Positions 15,001 through 27,000 of a DNA stretch of 64,000 bases are shown here, piece by piece. The notes under the pieces were generated by a model. It did not search any database, was not told the DNA's origin, and worked only from the letters and a program-made list of their open reading frames with translations. Position 1 is the first letter of the stretch. Every line of letters begins with the position of its first letter. Position numbers and translations under genes: made by a program. This stretch comes from Eledone cirrhosa. Taxonomy: Eukaryota. The stretch is from positions 21,824,001 to 21,888,000 of the forward strand of contig OZ024742.1 in NCBI GenBank assembly GCA_964016885.1, written 5' to 3'.

Positions 15001-18000
15001 AGATAATGCCAGAGTCGTTAGAACTTTGGATAGAATGGCACAGTCGTTAGAAAGTTAGATAGAATGGCAGAGTCGTTAGAACGTTAGATAGAATGGCAGA
15101 GTCGTTAGAATGTCGGATAGAATGGCAGAGTGGTTAGAACGTTAGATAGAATGGCAGAGTCGTTAGAATGTGAGATAGAATAGTAGAGTCGTTAGAACGT
15201 CGAAGATAATGTCAGAGTCGTTAGAACTTTGGATAGAATGGCACAGTTGTTAGAAAGTTAGATAGAATGGCAGAGTCGTTAGAACGTTAGATAGAATGGC
15301 AGAGTCGTTAGAACGTCGGATAAATGGCAGAGTCGTTAGAACGTTGGCTAGAATGGCCGAGTGCTTAGAACGTCGGATAGAATGGCAGAGTCGTTAGAAT
15401 GTTAGATAGAATGGTAGGGTCGTTAGAACGTTAGATAGAATGGCAGAGTCGTTAGAACGTCAGATAGAATGGCAGAGTCGTTAGAATGCCGGATAGAATG
15501 GCAGAGTCGTTAGAATGCAGGACAGAATGGCAGAGTCGTTAGAACGTCGGATAGAATGGCCGAGAGGTTAGAACGTTGGATAGAAGGGCAGAGTCGTTAG
15601 AACGTCGGATAGAATGGCAGAGTCGTTAGAACTTTGGATAGAATGGCATAGTCGTTATAACGTCGGATAGAATGGCGGATTCATTATAAGGTCGGATAGA
15701 TTGGCAGAATCGTTAGAACGTCGGATAGAATGGCAAAGTCGTTAGAACGTCAGATAGAATGGCAGAGTCGTTAGAATGCCGGACAGAATGGCAGAATCGT
15801 TAGAACGTTAGAAAAATGGCAGAGTCGTTAGAATGTCGGATAAAATGGCAGAGTCGTTAGAACATCTGATAGAATGGCAGAGTCGTTAGAACGTTAGATA
15901 GAATGGCAGAGTCGTTAGAACGTCGGATAGAATGGTAGAGTTGTTTAAACGTTAGATAGAATGGCAGAGTCGTTATAACATCGGATAGAATGGTAGAGTT
16001 GTTTAAACGTTAGATAGAATGGCAGAGTTGTTAGACCGTCGGATAGAATGGTAGAGTCGTTAGAATCTCGGATAGAATGGCAGAATTGTTAGATCGTTAG
16101 ATAGAATGGCTGAGTCGTTAAAACGTTAGATAGAATGGAAGAGTCGTTAGAACGTCGGATAGAATGGCAGAGTCGTTAGAACGTTAGATAGAATAGCATA
16201 GTCAGTAGAACGTTAGATAGTATGGCAGAGTCGTTGGAACGTTAGATATAATGCCAAAGTCGTTAGAACGTTAGATAGTAGGGCAGAGTGGTTAGAACGT
16301 TAGTTAGAATGGCAGTGTCATTAGAAGGTCGGTTAGAATGGCAGAGACGTTAGAACGTCGGATAGAATGGCAAAGTCGTTAGAAAGTTAGATAGAATGGC
16401 AGAGTCGTTAGAACGTCGGATAGAATGGCAGTGTTATTAGAAAGTTGGATAGAATGGCAGACTCGTTAGAACGTTAGATAGAATGGCAGGCTCATTAGAA
16501 CTTCGGATAGAATGGCCGAGGTGTTAGAACGTTGGATAGAATGGCAGCGTCGTTATAACGTTAGATAGATTAGCAGAGTCATTAAACGTTAGATAGTATG
16601 GCAGTGTCGTTAGAACGTTAGATAGTATGGCAGAGTAGTTAGAACGTCAGATAGAATGGCAGTGTCGTTAGAAGGTCGCATAGAATGGCAGAGTCATTAG
16701 ACGGTGGGATAGAATGGCAGAGTAGTTAGAATGTCAGATAGAATGGCAGAGTCGTTACAACATCGGATAGAATGGCAGACTCGTCAGAAGGTCGGATAGA
16801 ATGGCAGAGTCATTAGAAGGTCGGATAGAATGGCAGAGTCGTTAGAACGTCAGATAGTATGGCAGTGTCGTTAGAACGTTAGATAGAATGACAGAGTTCT
16901 TAGAACGTTAGATAGTATGGCAGAGTCGTTAGAACGTCAGATAGAAGGGCCGAGTGGTTAGAACGTTGGATAGAATGGCCGAGTGGTTAGAACGTTAGAT
17001 AGAATGCCAGAGTCGTTAGAACGTCGGATAGAATGACAGAGTCGTTAGAACGTTGGATAGAATGTCCCAGTGGTTTGAACGTAGGATAGAATAGCAGTGG
17101 TTAGAACGTTAGATAGAATGGCAGAGTCGTTAGAATGTCGGATAGAATGGCCGAGTGGTTAGATCGTTGGATAGAATGGCCGAGTGGTTAGAACGTTAGA
17201 TAGAATGGTAGAGTCGTTAGAACGTTAGATAGAATGGAAGAGTCGTTAGAACGTCGGATAGAATGACAGAGTCGTTAGAACGTTGGATAGAATGGCCGAG
17301 TGGTTAGAACGTCTGATAGAATAGCAGAGTGGTTAGAACGTTAGATAGAATGGCAGAGTCGTTAGTACGTGGGATAGAATGGCAGAGACGTTAGAACGTT
17401 AGATAGAATAGCAGTGTCGTAAGAACGTTAGATAGAGTGGTAGAGTCGTTAGAACGTTAGATAGTATAGCAGAGTCGTTAGAACGTTAGATAGAATGGCA
17501 GAGTCATTAGAAGGTCGTATAGAATGGTAGAGTCGTTAGAACGTCGGATATAATGGCAGAGTGGTTAGAACGTTACATAGAATGGCAGAGTCGTTAAAAT
17601 GTCGGATAGAATGGCAGAGTGGTTAGAACGTTGGATAGAATGGCAGCGTCGTTATAACGTTAGATAGATTAGCAAAGTCATTAAACGTTAGATAGTATGG
17701 CAGTGTCGTTAGAACGTTAGATAGAATGACAGAGTTGTTAGAACGTTAGATAGTATGGCAGAGTCGTCAGAACGTCAGATAGAATGGCAGAGTCGTTAGA
17801 ATGCCGGACAGAATGGCCGAGTGGTTAGAACGTTGGATAGAATGGCCGAGTGGTTAGAACGTCGGTTAAAACGGCCGAGTCGTTAGAATGTTGGAGAGAA
17901 TAGCCGAATCGTTAGAACGTCGGCTAGAGTGCCAGAGTCGTTAGAATGTCGGACAGAGTGGCCGAGTCGTTAGAACGTCGGATAGAATGTCCGAGTGGTT

Positions 18001-21000
18001 AGAACGTTAGATAGAATGGCTGAGTCGTTAGAACGTCTGATAGAATGGCCGAGTCGTTAAAACGTCGGATAAATGGCCGAGTCGATAAAACGTCGGATAG
18101 AATGGCAGAGTCGTTAGAACGTTAGATAGAATAGCATAGTCAGTAGAACGTTAGATAATATGGCAGAGTCGTTGGAACGTTAGATAGAATGCCAAAGTCG
18201 ATAGAACGTTAGATAGTAGGGCAGAGTGGTTAGAACGTCGGATAGAATGGCAGAGTCGTTAGTACGTGGGATAGGATGGCAGAGTCGTTAGTACGTGGGC
18301 TAGAATGGCAGAGTCGTTAGAACGTTAGATAGAATGGCAGAGTCGTTAGTACGTGGGATAGAATGGCAGAGACGTTAGAACGTTAGATAGAATAGCAGAG
18401 TCGTAAGAACGTTAGATAGAGTGGCAGAGTCATTAGAAGGTCGTATAGAATGGTAGAGTCGTTAGAACGTCGGATATAATGGCAGAGTGGTTAGTACGTT
18501 ACATAGAATGGCAGAGTCGTTAGAATGTCGGATAGAATGGCAGAGTGGTTAGAACGTTAGATAGAATGGCAGAGTCGTTAGAATGTGAGATAGAATGGTA
18601 GAGTCGTTAGAACGTCGAAGATAATGCCAGAGTCGTTAGAACTTTGGATAGAATGGCCGAGTGGTTAGAACGTCGGATAGAATGGCAAAGTCGTTAGAAC
18701 GTTGGATAGAATGGTAGAGTCGTTAGAACGTTAGATAGAATGGTAGAGTCGTTAGAAAGTTAGATAGAATGGCAGAGTCGTTAGAACGTTAGATAGAATG
18801 GCAGAGTCGTTAGAACGTCGGATAGAATGGCAGAGTCGTTAGAACGTTGGATAGAATGGTAGAGTCGTTAGAAAGTTAGATAGAATGGCAGAGTCGTTAG
18901 AACGTTAGATAGAATGGCAGAGTCGTTAGAACGTCGGATAGAATGGCAGAGTCGTTAGAACGTTGGATAGAATGGCCGAGTGGTTAGAACGTCGGATAGA
19001 ATGGCAAAGTCGTTAGAACGTTAGATAGAATGGTAGAGTCGTTAGAACGTTAGATAGAATGGCAGAGTCGTTAGAATGCCGGATAGAATGGCAGAGTCGT
19101 TAGAATGCAGGACAGAATGGCAGAGTCGTTAGAACCTCGGATAGAATGGCCGAGTGGTTAGAACGTTGGATAGAAGGGCAGAGTCGTTAGAACGTCGGAT
19201 AGAATGGCAGAGTCGTTAGAACGTTAGATAGAATGGCATAGTCGTTAGAAGGTCGGAGAGAATGGCAGAGTCGTTAGAACTTTGGATAGAATGGCAGAGT
19301 CGTTATAACGTCGGATAGAATGGTGGATTCATTATAAGGTCGGATAGATTGGCAGAATCGTTAGAACGTCGGATAGAATGGCAAAGTCGTTAGAACGTCA
19401 GATAGAATGGCAGAGTCGTTAGAATGCCGGACAGAATGGCAGAGTCGTTAGAACGTTAGAAAAATGGCAGAGTCGTTAGAATGTCGGATAGAATGGCAGA
19501 GTCGTTAGAACATCTGATAGAATGGCAGAGTCGTTAGAACGTTAGATAGAATGGCAGAGTCGTTAGAACGTGGGATAGAATGGTAGAGTCGTTAGAACCT
19601 TAAATAGAATGGCAGAGACGTTAGAACGTTAGACAGAATGGCAGAGTCGTTAGAACGTCGGATAGAATGGCAGATTCGTTAGAACGTTAGATAGAATGGC
19701 AGGGTCGTTAGAACGTTAGATAGAATGGCAGAGTTGTTAGAACGTCGGATAGAATGGTAGAGTTGTTTAAACGTTAGATAGAATGGCAGAGTCGTTAGAA
19801 CGTTAGATAGAATGGCAGAGTTGTTAGACCGTCGGATAGAATGGTAGAGTCGTTAGAATCTCGGATAGAATGGCAGAATTGTTAGTCCGTTAGATAGAAT
19901 GGCTGAGTCGTTAAAACGTTAGATAAAATGGAAGAGTCGTTAGAACGTCGGATAGAATGGCAGAGTCGTTACAACGTTAGATAGAATAGCATAGTCAGTA
20001 GAACCTTAGATAATATGGCAGAGTGGTTGGAACGTTAGATAGAATGCCAAAGTCGTTAGAACGTCGGATAGAATGGCAGAGTCGTTAGTACGTGGGATAG
20101 GATGGCAGAGTCGTTAGTACGTGGGCTTGAATGGCAGAGTCGTTAGAACGTTAGATAGAATGGCAGAGTCGTTAGTACGTGGGATAGAATGGCAGAGACG
20201 TTAAAACGTTAGATAGAATAGCAGAGTCGTAAGAACGTTAGATAGAGTGGCAGAGTCATTAGAAGGTCGTATAGAATGGTAGAGTCGTTAGAACGTCGGA
20301 TATAATGGCAGAGTGGTTAGTACGTTACATAGAATGGCAGAGTCGTTAGAATGTCGGATAGAATGGCAGAGTGGTTAGAACGTTAGATAGAATGGCAGAG
20401 TCGTTAGAATGTGAGATAGAATGGTAGAGTCGTTAGAACGTCGAAGATAATGCCAGAGTCGTTAGAACTTTGGATAGAATGGCCGAGTGGTTAGAACGTC
20501 GGATAGAATGGCAAAGTCGTTAGAACGTTGTATAGAATGGTAGAGTCGTTAGAACGTTAGATAGAATGGTAGAGTCGTTAGAAAGTTAGATAGAATGGCA
20601 GAGTCGTTAGAACGTTAGATAGAATGGCAGAGTCGTTAGAACGTCGGATAGAATGGCAGAGTCGTTAGAACGTTGGATAGAATGGTAGAGTCGTTAGAAA
20701 GTTAGATAGAATGGCAGAGTCGTTAGAACGTTAGATAGAATGGCAGAGTCGTTAGAACGTCGGATAGAATGGCGGAGTCGTTAGAACGTTGCATAGAATG
20801 GCCGAGTGGTTAGAACGTCGGATAGAATGGCAAAGTCGTTAGAACGTTAGATAGAATGGTAGAGTCGTTAGAACGTTAGATAGAATGGCAGAGTCGTTAG
20901 AACGTCAGATAGAATGGCAGAGTCGTTAGAATGCCGGATAGAATGGCAGAGTCGTTAGAATGCAGGACAGAATGGCAGAGTCGTTAGAACGTCGGATAGA

Positions 21001-24000
21001 ATGGCCGAGTGGTTAGAAAGTTGGATAGAAGGGCAGAGTCGTTAGAACGTCGGATAGAATGGCAGAGTCGTTAGAACGTTAGATAGAATGGCATAGTCGT
21101 TAGAAGGTCGGAGAGAATGGCAGAGTCGTTAGAACTTTGGATAGAATGGCAGAGTCGTTATAACGTCGGATAGAATGGCGGATTCATTATAAGGTCGGAT
21201 AGATTGGCAGAATCGTTAGAACGTCGGATAGAATGGCAAAGTCGTTAGAACGTCAGATAGAATGGCAGAGTCGTTAGAATGCCGGACAGAATGGCAGAGT
21301 CGTTAGAACGTTAGAAAAATGGCAGAGTCGTTAGAATGTCGGATAGAATGGCAGAGTCGTTAGAACATCTGATAGAATGGCAGAGTCGTTAGAACGTTAG
21401 ATAGAATGGCAGAGTCGTTAGAACGTGGGATAGAATGGTAGAGTCGTTAGAACCTTAAATAGAATGGCAGAGACGTTAGAACGTTAGACAGAATGGCAGA
21501 GTCGTTAGAACGTCGGATAGAATGGCAGATTCGTTAGAACGTTAGATAGAATGGCAGAGTCGTTAGAACGTTAGATAGAATGGCAGAGTCGTTAGAACGT
21601 CGGATAGAATGGTAGAGTTGTTTAAACGTTAGATAGAATGGCAGAGTCGTTAGAACGTTAGATAGAATGGCAGAGTTGTTAGACCGTCGGATAGAATGGT
21701 AGAGTCGTTAGAATCTCGGATAGAATGGCAGAATTGTTAGACCGTTAGATAGAATGGCTGAGTCGTTAAAACGTTAGATAAAATGGAAGAGTCGTTAGAA
21801 CGTCGGATAGAATGGCAGAGTCGTTACAACGTTAGATAGAATAGCATAGTCAGTAGAACGTTAGATAATATGGCAGAGTGGTTGGAACGTTAGATAGAAT
21901 GCCAAAGTCGATAGAACGTCGGATAGAATGGCCGTGTCGTTAGAACGTCCGATAGAATGTCGGAGTGGTTATAACGTTAGATAGAATGGCTGAGTCGTTA
22001 GAACGTCTGATAGAATGGCCGAGTCGTTAGAACGTCGGATAGAATGGCCGAGTCGTTAGAACGTCGGCTAGAATGGTAGAGTTGTTAGAACGTCGGATAG
22101 AATGGTAGAGTCGTTAGAACGTCGGATAGAATGGCCGAGTACTTAGAATGTCGGATAAAATGGCAGAGTCGTTAGAACGTTAGATAGAATGGCAGAGTCG
22201 TTAGTACGTGGGATAGAATGGCAGAGACGTTAGAACGTTAGATAGAATAGCAGAGTCGTAAGAACGTTAGATAGAGTGGCAGAGTCATTAGAAGGTCGTA
22301 TAGAATGGTAGAGTCGTTAGAACGTCGGATATAATGGCAGAGTGGTTAGAACGTTAGATAGAATGGCAGAGTCGTTAGAATGTAAGATAGAATGGTAGAG
22401 TCGTTAGAGCGTCGAAGATAATGCCAGAGTCGTTAGAACTTTGGATAGAATGGCACAGTCGTTAGAAAGTTAGATAGAATGGCAGAGTCGTTAGAACGTT
22501 AGATAGAATGGCAGAGTCGTTAGAATGTCGGGTAGAATGGCAGAGTGGTTAGAACGTTAGATAGAATGGCAGAGTCGTTAGAATGTGAGATAGAATGGTA
22601 GAGTCGTTAGAACGTCGAAGATAATGTCAGAGTCGTTAGAACTTTGGATAGAATGGCACAGTTGTTAGAAAGTTAGATAGAATGGCAGAGTCGTTAGAAC
22701 GTTAGATAGAATGGCAGAGTCGTTAGAACGTCGGATAAATGGCAGAGTCGTTAGAACGTTGGCTAGAATGGCTGAGTGGTTAGAACGTCGGATAGAATGG
22801 CAGAGTCGTTAGAATGTTAGATAGAATGGTAGGGTCGTTAGAACGTTAGATAGAATGGCAGAGTCGTTAGAACGTCAGATAGAATGGCAGAGTCGTTAGA
22901 ATGCCGGATAGAATGGCAGAGTCGTTAGAATGCAGGACAGAATGGCAGAGTCGTTAGAACGTCGGATAGAATGGCCGAGAGGTTAGAACGTTGGATAGAA
23001 GGGCAGAGTCGTTAGAACGTCGGATAGAATGGCAGAGTCGTTAGAACGTTAGATAGAATGGCATAGTCGTTAGAAGGTCGGAGAGAATGGCAGAGTCGTT
23101 AGAACTTTGGATAGAATGGCATAGTCGTTATAACGTCGGATAGAATGGCGGATTCATTATAAGGTCGGATAGATTGGCAGAATCGTTAGAACGTCGGATA
23201 GAATGGCAAAGTCGTTAGAACGTCAGATAGAATGGCAGAGTCGTTAGAATGCCGGACAGAATGGCAGAGTCGTTAGAACGTTAGAAAAATGGCAGAGTCG
23301 TTAGAATGTCGGATAGAATGGCAGAGTCGTTAGAACATCTGATAGAATGGCAGAGTCGTTAGAACGTTAGATAGAATGGCAGAGTCGTTAGAACGTCGGA
23401 TAGAATGGTAGAGTCGTTAGAACGTTAGACAGAATGGCAGAGTCGTTAGAACATCGGTTAGAATGGTAGAGTTGTTTAAACGTTAGATAGAATGGCAGAG
23501 TCGTTAGAACATCGGATAGAATGGTAGAGTTGTTTAAACGTTAGATAGAATGGCAGAGTTGTTAGACCGTCGGATAGAATGGTAGAGTCGTTAGAATCTC
23601 AGATAGAATGGCAGAATTGTTAGATCGTTAGATAGAATGGCTGAGTCGTTAAAACGTTAGATAGAATGGAAGAGTCGTTAGAACGTCGGATAGAATGGCA
23701 GAGTCGTTAGAACGTTAGATAGAATAGCATAGTCAGTAGAACGTTAGATAGTATGGCAGAGTCGTTGGAACGTTAGATATAATGCCAAAGTCGTTAGAAC
23801 GTTAGATAGTAGGGCAGAGTGGTTAGAACGTTAGTTAGAATGGCAGTGTCATTAGAAGGTCGGTTAGAATGGCAGAGACGTTAGAACGTCGGATAGAATG
23901 GCAAAGTCGTTAGAACGTTAGATAGAATGGCAGAGTCGTTAGAACGTCGGATAGAATGGCAGTGTTATTAGAAAGTTGGATAGAATGGCAGACTCGTTAG

Positions 24001-27000
24001 AACGTTAGATAGAATGGCAGGCTCATTAGAACTTCGGATAGAATGGCCGAGGTGTTAGAACGTTGGATAGAATGGCAGCGTCGTTATAACGTTAGATAGA
24101 TTAGCAGAGTCATTAAACGTTAGATAGTATGGCAGTGTCGTTAGAACGTTAGATAGTATGGCAGAGTAGTTAGAACGTCAGATAGAATGGCAGTGTCGTT
24201 AGAAGGTCGCATAGAATGGCAGAGTCATTAGACGGTGGGATAGAATGGCAGAGTAGTTAGAATGTCAGATAAAATGGCAGAGTCGTTACAACATCGGATA
24301 GAATGGCAGAGTCGTCAGAAGGTCGGATAGAATGGCAGAGTCATTAGAAGGTCGGATAGAATGGCAGAGTCGTTAGAACGTCAGATAGTATGGCAGTGTC
24401 GTTAGAACGTTAGATAGAATGACAGAGTTCTTAGAACGTTAGATAGTATGGCAGAGTCGTTAGAACGTCAGATAGAATGGCAGAGTCGTTAGAATGCCGG
24501 ATAGTATGGCAGAGTGGTTAGAATGCCGGAGAGAATGGCGAGCTCGTTAGAACGTCGGATAGAATGGCCGAGTGGTTAGAACGTCGGATAGAATGGCAGA
24601 GTAGTTAGAATGTCGGATAGAATGGTAGAGTGGTTATACCGTCGGATAGAATGGTAGATTCGTTAGAACGTTAGATAGAATGGCAGAGTCGTTAGAACGT
24701 TAGATAAAATGGCAGAGTCGTTGGAACGTTAGATAGAATGGCCGAGTGGTTAGAACGTCGGATAGAATGGCCGAGTGGTTAGAACGTCGGATAGAATGGC
24801 AGAGTCATTCGAAGGTCGGATAGAATGGCAGAGTCATTAGAAGGTCGGATAGAATGGCAGAGTCGTTCGAACGTCAGATAGTATGACAGTGTCCTTAGAA
24901 CGTGAGATAGAATGACAGACTCGTTAGAACGTTAGATAGTATGGCAGAGTCGTTAGAACCTCGGATAGAATGGCAGAGTTGTTAGAACGTCGGATAGAAT
25001 GGTAGAGTCGTTAGAACATTAGCTAGTAGGGCAGAGTCGTTAGAACGTTAGATAGAATGGCAGAGTCGTTAGAACGTTAGATAGAATGGCAGAGTCGTTA
25101 GAACGTTAGATAGAATGGCAGAGTCGTTAAAACGTTAGATAGAATGGCAGGCTCGTTAGAAGGTCGGTTAGAATGGCAGAGTCGTTAGAACGTCGGATAG
25201 AATGGCAAAGTCGTTAGAACGTTGGATAGAATGGCAGAATCGTTATAACGTTAAATAGAAGGGCAGAGTCGTTAGAACGTCGGATAGAATGGGACAGTCA
25301 TTAGAACGTTAGATAGAATGGCAGAGTCGTTAGAACGTAGGATAGAATGGCAGAGTAGTTAGAACGTCGGAGATAATGCCAGAGTCGTTAGAATGTCGGA
25401 TAGAATGGCAGAGTTGTTAGAACATCGGATAGAATGGCAGAGTGGTTAGAACGTCGGAGAGAATGGCAGAGTCGTTAGAACGTAGGATAGAATGGTAGAT
25501 TGTTAAAACGTTAGTTAGAATGGCAGAGTCGTTAGAACGTTAGATAAAATGGCAGAGTCGTTAGAACGTTAGATAGTATAGCAGAGTCGTTAGAATGTCG
25601 GATAGAATGGCCGAGTGGTTAGAACGTCGGATAGAATGGCAGAGTCGTTGGAACGTCAGATAGTATGACAGTGTCCTTAGAAAGTGAGATAGAATGACAG
25701 AGTCGTTAGAACGTTAGATAGTATGGCAGAGTCGTTAGAACGTCGGATAGAATGGCAGAGTCGTTAGAATGCCGGATAGAATGGCAGAGTCGTTAGAATG
25801 CCGGACAGAATGGCGAGCTCGTTAGAACGTCGGATAGAATGGCAGAGTTGCTAGAACGTGGGATAGAATGGCAGAGTCGTTAAAACGTTAGATAGAATGA
25901 CAGAGTCGTTAGACCGTTGGATCGAATGGAAGAGTCGTTAGAACGTCGGATAGAATGTCAGAGTCATTAGAAGGTCGGATAGAATGGCAGAGTCGTTAGA
26001 ACATCGGATAGAATGACAGAGTCGTTAGAACGTTAGATAGAATGGCAGAGTCGTTAGAACGTCGGATAGAATAGCAGAGTATTAGAACGTAGGATAGAAT
26101 GGCAGAGTCGTTCGAACGTCGGATAGAATGGCAGAGCCGTTAGAATGCCGATAGAATGGCCGACTCGTTAGAACGTCGGATATAATAGCCGAGTGGTTAG
26201 AACGTTAGATAGAATGGCTGAGTCGTTAGAACGTCTGATAGAATGGCCGAGTCGTTAGAACGTCGGATAGAATGGCCGAGTCGTTAGAACGTTAGATAGA
26301 ATGACCGAGTCGTTAGAACGTCGGATAGAATGGCAGAGTCTTTAGAACGTTAGATAGAATGGCAGAGTCGTGAGAACGTTAGATAGAATGGCAGAGTCGT
26401 TAGAACGTTAGATAGAATGGTAGAGTCGCTAGAACATCGGATAGAATGTCCGAGTCCTTAGAATGTCGGATAAAATGGCAGAGTCGTTAGAACGTTAGAT
26501 AGAATGGCAGAGTCGTTAGAACGTTAGATAGTAGGGCAGAGTCGTTAGAACGTTAGATAGAATGGCAGAGTCATTAGAAGGTCGGTTAGAATGGCAGAGT
26601 CGTTAGAACGTTAGATAGAATGGCAGAGTCGTTAGAATGTCGGATAGAATGGCAAAATCGTTAGAACGTCGGATAGAATGGCAGAGTCGTTAGAATGTCG
26701 GATAGAATGGTAGAGTCATTAGAAGGTCGGTTAGAATGGCAGAGTCGTTAGAACGTAGGATAGAATGGCAGAGTAGTTAGAAGGTCGGATAGAATGACAG
26801 AGTGGTTAGAACATCTGATAGAATAGCAGAGTGGTTAGAACGTTAGATAGAATGACTGAGTCGTTAGAACGTTAGATAGAATGGCTGAATCGTTAGAACG
26901 TCGTAGAGAATGGCAGAGTCGTTAGAACGTCGGATAGAATGGCAAAGTCGTTAGAACGTCGGATAGAATGGCAGAGTCGTTATAACGTTAGATAGAATGG